DNA of 64,000 nt from an uncultured delta proteobacterium (lineage in GTDB: Bacteria; Myxococcota_A; Polyangia; Polyangiales; Polyangiaceae): positions 71,884-135,883 of the forward strand of contig CAVQUB010000022.1 in NCBI GenBank assembly GCA_963716725.1. Direction: 5' to 3'. Below, piece by piece: positions 21,258 through 32,604 of the stretch. The translations under genes and the position numbers were made by a program. The notes beneath the pieces are model-generated. The model was not told the DNA's origin and ran no database searches. It saw only the letters and a list, made by a program, of their open reading frames with translations. Position 1 is the stretch's first letter. Each line of letters opens with the position of its first letter.

Positions 21258-22004
21258 CTACATCACCAGGCCGCCATCGACGTCGATGCAGCGGCCGTTG
21301 AAGTAGTCGCATTCGATGGCGAATTTGACCGCTAGCCAGATGTCTTCTGGCACGCCGATGCGACCCACCGGCACCGCCGCGACCAGTGCGTCCCGGGCCT
21401 TCTGGTGCATGCCCTTGGTCATCGGGGTCTCGATCATGCCCGGTGCAACGGCGCCCACCCGGATGCCGTAGCTCGCGAACTCCCGGGCCCAGGTCACGGT
21501 GTTGGCAACCAAGGCCGCCTTGCTCGCCACGTAGTTCGATTGTCCGCGGTTGCCGTGCCGCGACACGCTGGAGATATTGACCACGACGCCCGGTCGGGTG
21601 CCGGCCTCGACCATGGTCTTGGCCAACTCGCGCACCATGAAGGTCGCGCCGGTGAGGTTCACCGCCAGCACCTGGTTCCAGTCCTCGGTCGAGAGCGTCG
21701 TGACCTTGCCGGTCTCCCGATCGCGCTTGACCAGGAGCCCGTCGCGGATGATGCCGGCGTTGTTCACCAGCGCATTGACGCCGCCGAGCTCGCTCGCGGC
21801 CCACTGGGTGAAGGAGACGCAGTCGGCGTCGTTCGAGACGTCGAGGCGTCGCCGCGCGATGCCCGCTGGCAGCTCCGCGAGCCCCGCTTCGTCGACGTCG
21901 CCGGCGGCCACCTTGGCGCCCGCTGCCGCCAGTTCTTTGGCGAAATAGGCGCCCATTCCCCGGCCTGCGCCGGTGACGATGATCTTCAAGTCTTCGATCT
22001 TCAT
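21258..22004 (-). CDS. SDR oxidoreductase (FabG/PhaB-like ketoacyl-CoA reductase)
   Basis: TGAGRGMG, NNAGIIRD, YVASK, PGMIET. Directly downstream of phaC. Confidence 0.85.
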   Translation of the reverse strand: MKIEDLKIIVTGAGRGMGAYFAKELAAAGAKVAAGDVDEAGLAELPAGIARRRLDVSNDADCVSFTQWAASELGGVNALVNNAGIIRDGLLVKRDRETGKVTTLSTEDWNQVLAVNLTGATFMVRELAKTMVEAGTRPGVVVNISSVSRHGNRGQSNYVASKAALVANTVTWAREFASYGIRVGAVAPGMIETPMTKGMHQKARDALVAAVPVGRIGVPEDIWLAVKFAIECDYFNGRCIDVDGGLVM

Positions 22005-22015
22005 TTTCGGATCTC

Positions 22016-22990
22016 TCAGTTCTTCAAGGTGCGGGCAAACCACTCCGCGAGCTTGGGGTAGAGCTGCTTTGGTGCGGAGCCTCCCACGACGGCGCCGACG
22101 TGACCGCCGGGAATGACGAGCAGGCTCTTGTCGACCGAGGCCGACAAATCGTTGAGCGCTTGGGCGGCGGGCGGCGGACAGATCACGTCTCGATCGGTCA
22201 CCACCGTGAGCACTGGACAGCGGATCTCTTCGAGGTTCACGCGGCGACCGGCGACGTAGTGCGTGCCTCGCACCAAGGCGTTCTCTTGATACAGCTCCCG
22301 GATGTACCGGGCGTAGGCCGCGCCGGGAAAGGGGATGTTCGCGCTCGCCCACTCTTCGAGGGCCTCGAAGGCCTCCATTCGCTGCTCGTCGCCCAGGCGA
22401 TCGAAGAAGCTGAGCCACTTGCCGAGCTGCGCCGTGGGTCGGAGCGAGGTGAAACCGCTCTGCATCTGCTGGGCGCCTATGTTGCCCGCGTCGGCCATGA
22501 CCTGCGGGTCGAACCACTTGGGATTGACCATGTGCGCCAGCATGCCGCCTTCGGAGAAATCGATGGGCCCGGCCAGGTTGACCAAGCCCCCGACCGAATC
22601 GGGCTCGAGCGCGGTGTGGATGGCGCTGAGGGTGCCGCCGATGCAGTAGCCCAATAGCCCCACGCGATCGGCGCGAGCCTCCCGGCGCACCCGGCGCACC
22701 ATGCGTCCGACCCGGCCGACGACCGCGTCCCAGTCGAGGTAGCGGTCTTCGGCCTCAGGCACCCCCCAATCGAGGCAATAGACGTCGAAGCCAGCGTCGA
22801 CGAGGGCGCGAGCCAGGGAGGCTCCCCGGCGCAGATCGAGCACGTACCAGCGGTTGATCAGCGAAGGCACCAGCAACACCGGGGCGCGGCCGGGAGCCGG
22901 CCCTGCACCGTCCGGTGAGCGGAATCGGTACAGGGCGGCGGTGCCTTCGGACAGCAGCGTGTCTCTCGGGGTGGGTGCCAGCGCTACCAT
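22016..22990 (-). CDS. phaC: class III-type PHA synthase PhaC (copy 1)
   Basis: [24 protein letters not shown] catalytic Cys box, D in DRDVICP, GGHVG; 324 aa. Confidence 0.85.
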   Translation of the reverse strand: MVALAPTPRDTLLSEGTAALYRFRSPDGAGPAPGRAPVLLVPSLINRWYVLDLRRGASLARALVDAGFDVYCLDWGVPEAEDRYLDWDAVVGRVGRMVRRVRREARADRVGLLGYCIGGTLSAIHTALEPDSVGGLVNLAGPIDFSEGGMLAHMVNPKWFDPQVMADAGNIGAQQMQSGFTSLRPTAQLGKWLSFFDRLGDEQRMEAFEALEEWASANIPFPGAAYARYIRELYQENALVRGTHYVAGRRVNLEEIRCPVLTVVTDRDVICPPPAAQALNDLSASVDKSLLVIPGGHVGAVVGGSAPKQLYPKLAEWFARTLKN

Positions 22991-23003
22991 CTCGGATCCT
23001 CGC

Positions 23004-23273
23004 TCACGCGCCGGTGCGCAGGGTCTCGCCGGTCTTCTTGACCAGCTCGAGGTTCATCTTGCGCCACTCGTTGGAGAGGGTGAGCGCGTAGGTCATCGAC
23101 TCTTTCATCAGCTTGGCGCTCTCGTCGATGGCCTGCTGGGCGCGCTCGACGCCTTGGCCTTGGGCCTTGGCGAGCTGCTCGCCGAGTTGCTCCATGCGCT
23201 CGACGTGCTCTTTGGCGGTGCGGGTCCAGAGATCGAAGAACTGATTGGGTTGGCTGAAGCCGGGCATGAACAT
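23004..23273 (-). CDS. small helical protein, probable phasin
   Basis: 89-aa amphipathic helical protein between phaR and phaC, preceded by palindromic operators. Confidence 0.55.
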   Translation of the reverse strand: MFMPGFSQPNQFFDLWTRTAKEHVERMEQLGEQLAKAQGQGVERAQQAIDESAKLMKESMTYALTLSNEWRKMNLELVKKTGETLRTGA

Positions 23274-23304
23274 GGGTCTGATCGCCTTTCGGTGTCGCGG
23301 GAAT

Positions 23305-23319
23305 TGTTGCGACGCAACA
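23305..23319. promoter_or_regulatory. putative PhaR operator
   Basis: TGTTGCGACGCAACA. Confidence 0.65.
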
Positions 23320-23354
23320 CGACTGATAGGCAGCAGAACCGGAGCTGTCAAGGT

Positions 23355-23380
23355 TGAATTGTTGCGATGCAACAAATTCA
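23355..23380. promoter_or_regulatory. putative PhaR operator (extended palindrome)
   Basis: TGAATTGTTGCGATGCAACAAATTCA. Confidence 0.65.
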
Positions 23381-23911
23381 GCGCCGACGCGGCTTCTTCT
23401 CGAGGGAGCGCTTCAGATCGTCGAGCTCGCGCCTCAGGGTCGCGATGTCGTCGTCGGTGGTCGGCGCTTCGGGATCGCGCCGGGCCGGGGCCGGCGGCGG
23501 GGCTGCGTCCCAGCTGGGTTGCGGGGTGAACAAGCGCGCCAGCGCGTTGCCCGCAGAGAAGGGCATGGTCGCGAAGGGGAAATAGGGCGAGACCGCCTGA
23601 GCGCCCTGCTTCGCCGTCAGGTAGAGCTCGAGCGTAGCGCTGACGTATCGCCCGAAGAACTCCCCCAAAGCGTCGTCCTGCATGCGGATCAGCTGGGTGA
23701 GCAGAGGCACCGGCAAGAGCTTCGCGGCGGGGCCCTCGAGGATCACCTGGGTCAGCGTGCCCTGGGTCAGGTCCTCACCGGTCTTTGCGTCGACAACCCT
23801 CACGTCGGCCCCTGCGCGGATCCGAGCCATCAGCTCGTCGAGCGTGATGTAGCAGCTCTCTTCGGTGTCGTAGAGGCGGCGGTTCGAGTACTTCTTGACC
23901 ACGAGGGGCAT
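23378..23911 (-). CDS. phaR: polyhydroxyalkanoate synthesis repressor PhaR
   Basis: VVKKYSNRRLYDTEESCYITLDEL...VVDAKTGEDLTQGTLTQVILE...LPVPLLTQLIR. Confidence 0.92.
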   Translation of the reverse strand: MPLVVKKYSNRRLYDTEESCYITLDELMARIRAGADVRVVDAKTGEDLTQGTLTQVILEGPAAKLLPVPLLTQLIRMQDDALGEFFGRYVSATLELYLTAKQGAQAVSPYFPFATMPFSAGNALARLFTPQPSWDAAPPPAPARRDPEAPTTDDDIATLRRELDDLKRSLEKKPRRR

Positions 23912-24026
23912 GTCGCAGTGCGAAACCCTAGCTGCCCGGAGGCCCTTTGGGAAGCCCGCAATTGCGGCAACGCAACATGAGTCTTGACCGGTAATCGCCC
24001 TGGGGTTATCCATGCCCAGGTCAACA

Positions 24027-25001
24027 ATGGTGCGACGCAACAAAAAGCTACCTCTGCTGCTGATCGGGGCCTTGACCCTTGGCTGTGGCGAGGCCTCGGC
24101 TCCAGCAGAAGAGTGCAGCAGCGGGGCGGAGTGCGCGTCCGGCGCCTGCAACGACGGTCGGTGCGTGCCGGGGGCGGGCGGCGCTGGGGGCGCGGCCGGA
24201 GCTGGCGGCACGGCCAGCGGCGGCGCGGCAGGATCGACCGGCGGCGCGGCCGGCAACAGCGGTAGCGGAGGCGCGGTCAGCGGCGGCTCGGGCGGCGGCT
24301 TCTGCTCGCCCAACCACGACGGCGTGATCGACCAGAACGAGACCCCGCTGGCGGCCGGGCTGGCGGCAAAGTTCTTGGTCTCGGGGCCAGTTTCGATCGC
24401 GAGCGCTGGGCTGGCCATGGGCGACGGCAGCAAGCTCTGGGACTTCGGTGCCGGCCTGAGCGGAGATCACCTCGTGCTGGTCGAGACGCAGAAGCTGCCA
24501 GGCAAGTGGTTCACACCCAAGTACCCCGGCGCCACCTACGCGGCGCGCTTGAGCGAATCTGTGGATCTGCTCGGTGTGTTCGAGGTGACGTCCGCGGCGC
24601 TCTTGCTCCGCGGGGTGGTGTCGCCCGCCGACGGCCTGACGCGCACCGAGCTCAGCTACAATCCGCCGGTCGTGGTGCTGGATTTTCCGCTGAAAGAGGG
24701 GAAGCAATGGGCCACGACCAGCACCGTGAGCGGCCTGGCCCAGGGCGTATTGGTCAACTACAGCGAGAGCTACCAGAACCACGTCGACGCGCACGGCACG
24801 CTGAAGGCGCCCTACGGCGAGTTCCCCGTGCTGCGAACGCGCGTGGTGCTCACGCGCAAGGTCGGGGTCGCGACGACGGTGGTGCGTTCGTACTTGTTTA
24901 GCGCGGAGTGCTTCGGCACGGTCGCCTCCTTCGTTGCCAAGGACAACGCCACGACCAACGAGGTGAGCGAGGCCGCCGAGCTGCGGAGGCTCGCGCCATG
25001 A
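24027..25001 (+). CDS. hypothetical lipoprotein A (Cys knot, Gly-rich linker, beta-rich domain)
   Basis: MVRRNKKLPLLLIGALTLG-C lipobox; paralogous to 27471..28311. Confidence 0.75.
   Translation: MVRRNKKLPLLLIGALTLGCGEASAPAEECSSGAECASGACNDGRCVPGAGGAGGAAGAGGTASGGAAGSTGGAAGNSGSGGAVSGGSGGGFCSPNHDGVIDQNETPLAAGLAAKFLVSGPVSIASAGLAMGDGSKLWDFGAGLSGDHLVLVETQKLPGKWFTPKYPGATYAARLSESVDLLGVFEVTSAALLLRGVVSPADGLTRTELSYNPPVVVLDFPLKEGKQWATTSTVSGLAQGVLVNYSESYQNHVDAHGTLKAPYGEFPVLRTRVVLTRKVGVATTVVRSYLFSAECFGTVASFVAKDNATTNEVSEAAELRRLAP
24028..24042. promoter_or_regulatory. putative PhaR operator overlapping the lipoprotein A start codon
   Basis: TGGTGCGACGCAACA, 14/15 identical to the site at 23305. Confidence 0.55.
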
Positions 25002-25906
25002 AGCGCGCGGCGCTTGCCTTGGCGGCGCTGTCGCTGAGCTGTGCGCCCGCATTCCATGTCGGGCCGATGCCCGGCGAGCCAAAGGCGACCTACGCCCAGG
25101 TGGCCGGAGCGCGGGTGCGCTACCTCGACGAGGGCAAGGGCCCGGCGGTGGTGCTGCTGCACGGCTTCGCGTCTTCGCTCGAGACCTGGAACACGGTGCG
25201 CCCCGCGCTCTTGCCCGCCCACCGGGTGATCTCCCTGGATTTGAAGGGATTCGGCTGGACCGATCGACCCGCCGGAGACTACTCGCCGCGCGCGCAGGCC
25301 CGGCTCGTGTTTGCGCTGCTCGACGCCCGCGGCGTGAACAGCGCTGCGGTGGTAGCGCACTCGTGGGGCGCGTCGGTGGCCCTCGAGATGGCGCTCATGC
25401 AACCGGCGCGCGTCGAACGCCTCGCGCTCTACGACGCCTGGGTCTACGAAGATCAGCTGCCGAGCACCTTTCACTGGGCTCGTAGCGAGGGCCTCGGGGA
25501 GGTGCTCTTCGGTGCCTTCTATGCCGAGCGGTCCGAGGACAAGATCGCGCAAGCGTTCTACGACGAACGCAACGTGAGCGAGTCGTTGATCGAGGACGTG
25601 GAGCGCGCGCTCGACCGGCCCGGCACGGTGGCGGCGGCCCTGGCCGCGACGCGAGGTCAGCGCTTCGCGGAGATCGAGGGGCGTTATCGCGAGATCAACC
25701 AGCCCGCATTGCTGCTTTGGGGGCGTGAGGACCGCGTGACGCCCGTCGAGATCGGGGAGCGATTGAGCCGCGATCTCAAGCACGCAAAGCTCCGCACTTA
25801 TCCCCGGAGCGGTCACTTTCCCATGCTGGAAGCGGCGTCCGAGTCGACCCGTGATCTGGCCGAATTTCTGCGGAACTCCGCCAAAAAAGCCAGGAAGGCG
25901 CCGTGA
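24998..25906 (+). CDS. alpha/beta hydrolase, lipoprotein
   Basis: MKRAALALAALSLS-C; LLHGF, DLKGFG, AHSWG nucleophile elbow, WGREDRV, SGHFP. ATGA-coupled to the upstream gene. Confidence 0.85.
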   Translation: MKRAALALAALSLSCAPAFHVGPMPGEPKATYAQVAGARVRYLDEGKGPAVVLLHGFASSLETWNTVRPALLPAHRVISLDLKGFGWTDRPAGDYSPRAQARLVFALLDARGVNSAAVVAHSWGASVALEMALMQPARVERLALYDAWVYEDQLPSTFHWARSEGLGEVLFGAFYAERSEDKIAQAFYDERNVSESLIEDVERALDRPGTVAAALAATRGQRFAEIEGRYREINQPALLLWGREDRVTPVEIGERLSRDLKHAKLRTYPRSGHFPMLEAASESTRDLAEFLRNSAKKARKAP

Positions 25907-27462
25907 GAGGGCTCGCGCTTGCCGCGCTCTTGGTCGCGTCGCAGGCCGGGGCCACGGGCTTTGCCGATCATGGCCGCGACCTCGGGGCCAAGCCCAGCGA
26001 AGACGTCCGCCTCGATGGCTACTTCCGCGTGCGCGGCGAGGCGCTCTACAATCTCGATCTCGATCGCGGGCCGACCCCCTCGGGAGAGCTCTTCTATCCC
26101 GTCCCGCTCGGAGGCAAGAACGGTCAGACGCTGACCCGCGCCGACATGCGCCTGCGCACCGATCTGTCCATCTTCGCGCCGGGCGGCATGATGGCGGTCA
26201 AGGCGCGCTTCGACGCCCTCGACAACGTCGCGCTCGGCAGCGCGCCCGAAGGCATCCCGGCGGCGAGCAGCACCCAGCGCACCGAGGGCGAGACCCTGGT
26301 GGTGAAACGCGTCTGGGGCGAGGCACTGACCCCCTTCGGCGCGCTCGCCGTCGGACGCATGGGCAGTCACTGGGGCCTGGGCATGCTGGCCAACGCCGGC
26401 GACTGCTTGGACTGCGACAGCGGCGACGCGGCCGATCGCATCGCCTTCGTGACCCCGCTGATCGGGCATTTCTGGGCCGTAGCCTACGATTTTTCCGCGA
26501 CCGGGCCCTTCGTGCCCCATCGCGCCTCGAGCCGATCCATCGACTTTGCGCCGAGCGCCGCTGTGCACACCCTGACCTTTGCGGTGATGGCCTCGCGCAC
26601 CGACGCCGCTCGCGCCCGCCGCGCGGCCGCCGGCAAGCATACCCTCGAGTATGGCGCCTACGCCTCGCACCGCTGGCAGGACGCGGACGTGCCCGCCACC
26701 TACGTGCCGGTCGCGCAACCCGTGATGGTGAATGACCGGCAAGTCATGGCCCGCGGCTACCGCGCCACGGCGGCCGACGCTTGGGGGCGGATCAGCGGGC
26801 GCGGTTACCGCGTCGAGGCCGAGGTCGCCTACCTGATGGCGCGTGTCGATCAGCCGTCGCTCGTCCCCGGCGTCCTCTTCCGCGACGCGGCCACGAGCAA
26901 GCAACTCGGCGCGGCGCTCGAGAGCGAGTTCGGTGATGCGGACGGCAGCTATCGACTCGGGCTCGACGCGGGCTACGCGAGCGGAGACTCGGCGCCGGGC
27001 TTCGGCGCCTTTCCCGGGGTGAACCGCGCGGCGCCGGTGCCGGGAGACCTCGACGGACCTCAGGGCCGACCGCCCCACGATTTGACCGTCAACAATTTCA
27101 GGTTTCACCCAGACTATCGCGTCGATCGCATCTTGTTCCGCGAGATCATCGGCACGGTCACCGACGCCGTCTACGTGAAGCCGCACCTCTCCGGTGAGCT
27201 GTTTCGATTCGCCAGCGGGCGGCTCGAGGCGTCTCTGGCGGCGGTCATGTCTTGGGCCGTCAACTCCGAGTCGGCGCCCGGACGCGAGCGCAGCCTGGGC
27301 GTCGAGATCGACCCGACTCTGCGCTACGAGAGCCGCGATGGCTTTGCCTTCGCGCTCGAACACGCCACGCTGCTGCCGGGCGCGGGGCTCGACAACCCGG
27401 AGCTGGGTCTTCGGGCAAAACCTGCGCAGCTCTGGCGCCTGGCGGCGGCATTCACGTTCTGA
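25903..27462 (+). CDS. outer-membrane beta-barrel, TIGR04551-like
   Basis: Signal peptide; LDGYFRVRG, GRMGSHWGLGMLANAGDCLDCD, NFRFHPDYRVDRILFREIIG; C-terminal FTF. Confidence 0.7.
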   Translation: MRGLALAALLVASQAGATGFADHGRDLGAKPSEDVRLDGYFRVRGEALYNLDLDRGPTPSGELFYPVPLGGKNGQTLTRADMRLRTDLSIFAPGGMMAVKARFDALDNVALGSAPEGIPAASSTQRTEGETLVVKRVWGEALTPFGALAVGRMGSHWGLGMLANAGDCLDCDSGDAADRIAFVTPLIGHFWAVAYDFSATGPFVPHRASSRSIDFAPSAAVHTLTFAVMASRTDAARARRAAAGKHTLEYGAYASHRWQDADVPATYVPVAQPVMVNDRQVMARGYRATAADAWGRISGRGYRVEAEVAYLMARVDQPSLVPGVLFRDAATSKQLGAALESEFGDADGSYRLGLDAGYASGDSAPGFGAFPGVNRAAPVPGDLDGPQGRPPHDLTVNNFRFHPDYRVDRILFREIIGTVTDAVYVKPHLSGELFRFASGRLEASLAAVMSWAVNSESAPGRERSLGVEIDPTLRYESRDGFAFALEHATLLPGAGLDNPELGLRAKPAQLWRLAAAFTF

Positions 27463-27470
27463 GGTGCACC

Positions 27471-28311
27471 ATGCTTCGACTCGCCTGCATCGCGCTCGCT
27501 CTCGGCCTCGTCGCCGGCTGCAGCGACAACAAGACCGAGCCCCCGAGCTACTCCGACTACCAGGGCGCCGCGCCCGAGCCGTTGGCCTGTGTGCCCAACC
27601 TAGACGGACGTATCGACGCGAGCGAAGCGCGGCCCGCGATCGGCGTGTCCATCACCTATCTGGTCTCCCCCGCGGGCGCAGAGCGCGCCGTCGATCTGGC
27701 CGGCAGCGATCTGGGAAACGGCCGCTTTCGCTGGGACTTTGGCACTGACTACGCCGACGATCAGGCCGCGAAGATCGTGCCTCGGCGGCGTCTCGGGCAA
27801 GTGGTACCAAGCCTCCTTCCCACCGGACGCCTTCGTGACGCCCTTCGACGCCGCGGGCAGCGTCGAGAACGTGCTGCGCCAGGACGACACCGCGCTGTGG
27901 CTCCTGGGAGTGGCGTCACGGGACGAGGCGCCGCCGGAGGGGAAGACCCTGATGGTCTACGATTCGCCCGTCGAGATCATGCGCTTCCCGGTCGAGCCCG
28001 GCGGCAGCTTCATCTCCACCGGCACCATCCAGAAGGCGACGCTGCGCGGCCTTCCCTACGCGGGCAAGGACATCTACGAGGTCAGCGTGGACGGGTCGGG
28101 GGAAGCCCTGCTGCCGTCCCTGACCTTCACCCAGGTACATCGCGTGCGCACCCGGGTCACCGTGGCACCTGCCGTTGGCGCGAGCACGTCGCGACGTCAG
28201 GTCTCCTTGTTCTTCGAGTGCTTCGCCGAGGTGGTCCGCGCCACCAGCAAACCCGACGAGCCAGAGTCCAACTTCACCACCGCAGCCGAGCTTCGCCGCA
28301 TCGGTTTTTGA
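27471..28311 (+). CDS. hypothetical lipoprotein B (frameshift ~27785)
   Basis: MLRLACIALALGLVAG-C; CVPNLDGRID; C-terminus in ORF 27739..28311. Confidence 0.7.
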
Positions 28312-28329
28312 GAGAAAGAGACCACCGAC

Positions 28330-28611
28330 ATGAACCCTTGGGACATGTACAAGAAGGGCTTCAATGCCTGGGAAAACGCCACGGCGACGTACATGGAGCA
28401 GGTGCTGAAGAGCCCGCTGGTGCTCGAACCGGCGGGCGCGTGGCTCAGCGCCATGATGAAGGCCAAGACCAAGAGCGACGAGATGGCGGCAAGCTGGTGG
28501 GGCGGCCTCGGGCTGCCCACCAAGCGCGATCAGGAGCGCACGCTGCACAAGCTCAACCAACTCGAGAGCAAGCTGCTCGATCTCGAAGAACGCCTGGCCA
28601 CGGATCGCTGA
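28330..28611 (+). CDS. short PhaE-like PHA synthase subunit
   Basis: LGLPTKRDQERTLHKLNQLESKL resembles the conserved PhaE C-terminal motif; in an operon with phaC. Confidence 0.6.
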   Translation: MNPWDMYKKGFNAWENATATYMEQVLKSPLVLEPAGAWLSAMMKAKTKSDEMAASWWGGLGLPTKRDQERTLHKLNQLESKLLDLEERLATDR

Positions 28612-28615
28612 GACC

Positions 28616-30349
<1,734 letters not shown>

Positions 30350-30353
<4 letters not shown>

Positions 30354-31391
30354 TCCGCGTTGGCGTCGCTGTCTCGGAACGAAGACCCCGGAGGTCGGCC
30401 GAACGCCGGCCGACGTGGTGTTCTGCGAGAACAAGTGGCGTCTGCTGCGGTATCGCCCGCGCCCCGAGGGCGTGGCCTTCAGAACGCCGGTGCTCCTGGT
30501 GCCGTCGCTGATCAACCGGCACTACGTCCTGGATCTCCTGCCGAGGAAGAGCTTCGTCGAGTACCTCGTCCAGCACGGGCACGACGTGTTCTGTATCGAC
30601 TGGGGGACCCCCGGCGACGAGGACCGATACGTCACCTTCGACGACGTCTGCGATCGCTACCTGGGGCGTGCGCTCCGCGCACCAGCGACATCGCCGGGGC
30701 CGAGCAAGCCCACGTGCTCGGCTACTGCCTGGGCGGCACGCTGGCGGCGATCCACGCCGCGGTTCACCCCGAGCGCTTTGCGTCGCTGACGGCGCTGGCA
30801 GCGCCCATCGGATTTCGCGATGACGGGCTGCTCAGCACGTGGACGCGATCGCCGAGCTTCGACGTCCAGGCCATCGTCTCGGCGACCGGCAACGTGCCCT
30901 GGCAGCTGATGCAGTCGGCCTTTCAGCTGCTGCGGCCGACGCTCAACTTGTCCAAGGCCGTGCACATCGCCGACAAGGTCTGGGACGACGAGTTCATGAA
31001 CGGCTTCCTCGCGCTGGAGGCCTGGGGCAGCGACAACGTCTCTTTCCCCGGCGCCTGCTACGAGCGCTACGTCGAGGAGCTGTATCGGAAGGACGCTCTG
31101 GTCGGTGGATCGTTCACGCTCTCGGGCAAGCCCGCGCGCCTCGAGGGCGTCACTTGTCCCACCCTGGCGGTGACCTTCGAGCACGACAACATCGTGCCGC
31201 CCGCGAGCGCCGCCGTGCTGCTCGATCGGATTTCCGCCACCGACAAGCATCGCATCCACCTGCCCGGCGGGCACGTTGGAGCCGTGGTCTCCAAGAAGGC
31301 CGCCCAAGGTCTCTGGCCCGCCATCGGGAAGTTTTGGGCCGACCGCGACCGAAAACCTCCCGGTCGCCGACCGCGATCGCGAGCTCGGTAG
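30350..31391 (+). CDS. phaC: class III-type PHA synthase PhaC (copy 2), frameshifted (~30375, ~30680)
   Basis: [41 protein letters not shown]. Confidence 0.8.
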
Positions 31392-31462
31392 CGCGGTCAC
31401 GACCAGCGTGGGGCGGAAACGCGCGTGCCAGCGGCGTATTCAGCTAAGCTCAGCGGTTGCAC

Positions 31463-32582
31463 ATGGACCGGCGCAGCTACTTGGCCATGGGGATCACGGC
31501 GATCTGGCTCCAGTGGACCAGTTGCTCGGTCGCCGACATCGAACTCGGAGGCAAGCGTTGCCCGTGCGCCGCGGGTTGGGTCTGCGATCCTGAGACCGAT
31601 CTCTGCGTGGCGGAGAGCGCCGCTGGCGGGAAGGGCGGGAACTCGGACGCTCAGGCCGATGCGCCGGTCGACCAGTCGTCGGACGCCGCGGATCCGGTGC
31701 CGCTGGGGCGGGCCTGCATTGGATCGCAGCGTTCAAACCTGATGAGCGCCAACCGCAAGCGGGTCTGCAAGTTCTCGCTGTTTTCCCCGGGCAGCTTCGA
31801 CGCGATCAAGCTCTATGTGGAGGCGACCGGAGGCGCGTCGACTCAGGCGATACGCGGCATCGTGTACTCGGTCGGAGCTACCGGTCAGCCCGACGCGCTC
31901 GTGGCGTCGACCGTCGAGGCGTCGATCCCGGGCACGCTCGCGCCCGGTTGGGTGACCATGCTGTTCGCCACGCCCCTGGATCTGGCGCCAGGCGAATACT
32001 ATGTTGGGACGCACGCGGGTCTTTCGGGCTCGGTGGCCAAGTACTCGCATGAGAGCTTCCCGGGCGCGGCGCGCTTCGGGGATGAGGCCTACGCTGACGG
32101 TTCGAGCGCGACCTTTGGTCCCGTTACCAGCGGCGACTACTTGATCTCGGTGTACGCGAGTCCGCTCGGCGGCAGCATCGACGACTCTGCGGATTGTCCC
32201 ACCGGCACCGGCGGCACCGGCGGCACCTGGTGGCACTGGCGGCACCGGCGCGAAAGGCGGAACCGGCGGAACCGGCGGAACTGGCGGAACCGGCGGAACT
32301 GGCGGAACTGGCGGAACTGGCGGAACTGGCGGAACTGGCGGCACCGGCGGCACCGGCGGCACCGGTGGAACTGGCGCGAAGGGCGGCACCGGCGGCACCA
32401 CTGGCGGCGGCGGCACTACCGGCGGCGGCGGCACCACTGGCACCGGCGGCACCACTGGCGGCGGCGGCACCACCAGCGGCGGCGGCACCACCAGCGGCGG
32501 CGGCACCACCAGCGGCGGCGGCACCACTGGCACCGGCGGCACCACTGGCACTGGCGGCACGTCGGATGCCAGCGCCGACTAA
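31463..32582 (+). CDS. exported/lipoprotein with a Gly-Thr-rich tail (frameshift ~32228)
   Basis: Leader ending WTSC, CPCAAGWVCD motif, beta-rich domain, then a GGT/GGGGTT tail ending DASAD-TAA. Confidence 0.6.
32200..32560 (+). repeat. tandem GGCGGMACY (9-bp) and GGCGGCGGCGGCACCAC-type repeats encoding Gly-Gly-Thr
   Basis: Directly visible, e.g. GGCGGAACT repeated at 32290-32340. Confidence 0.9.
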
Positions 32583-32604
32583 TGCAGCAAGCGCTGCCCT
32601 GCCA

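Noticed and set aside
21258..22517. 419-aa SDR
   Set aside because: The upstream part overlaps phaC in another frame; the SDR begins at 22004.
23378..24433. 351-aa PhaR with a Pro-rich N-terminal extension
   Set aside because: The extension is the antisense of the Gly-rich linker of lipoprotein A; PhaR homology starts at 23911.
32200..32560. Tandem repeats as a CRISPR array, or as Arg/His-rich or Pro/Val-rich ORFs
   Set aside because: Contiguous 9-18 bp units without unique spacers and no cas genes. The Gly-Gly-Thr frame fits a low-complexity linker; the other frames are shadows.
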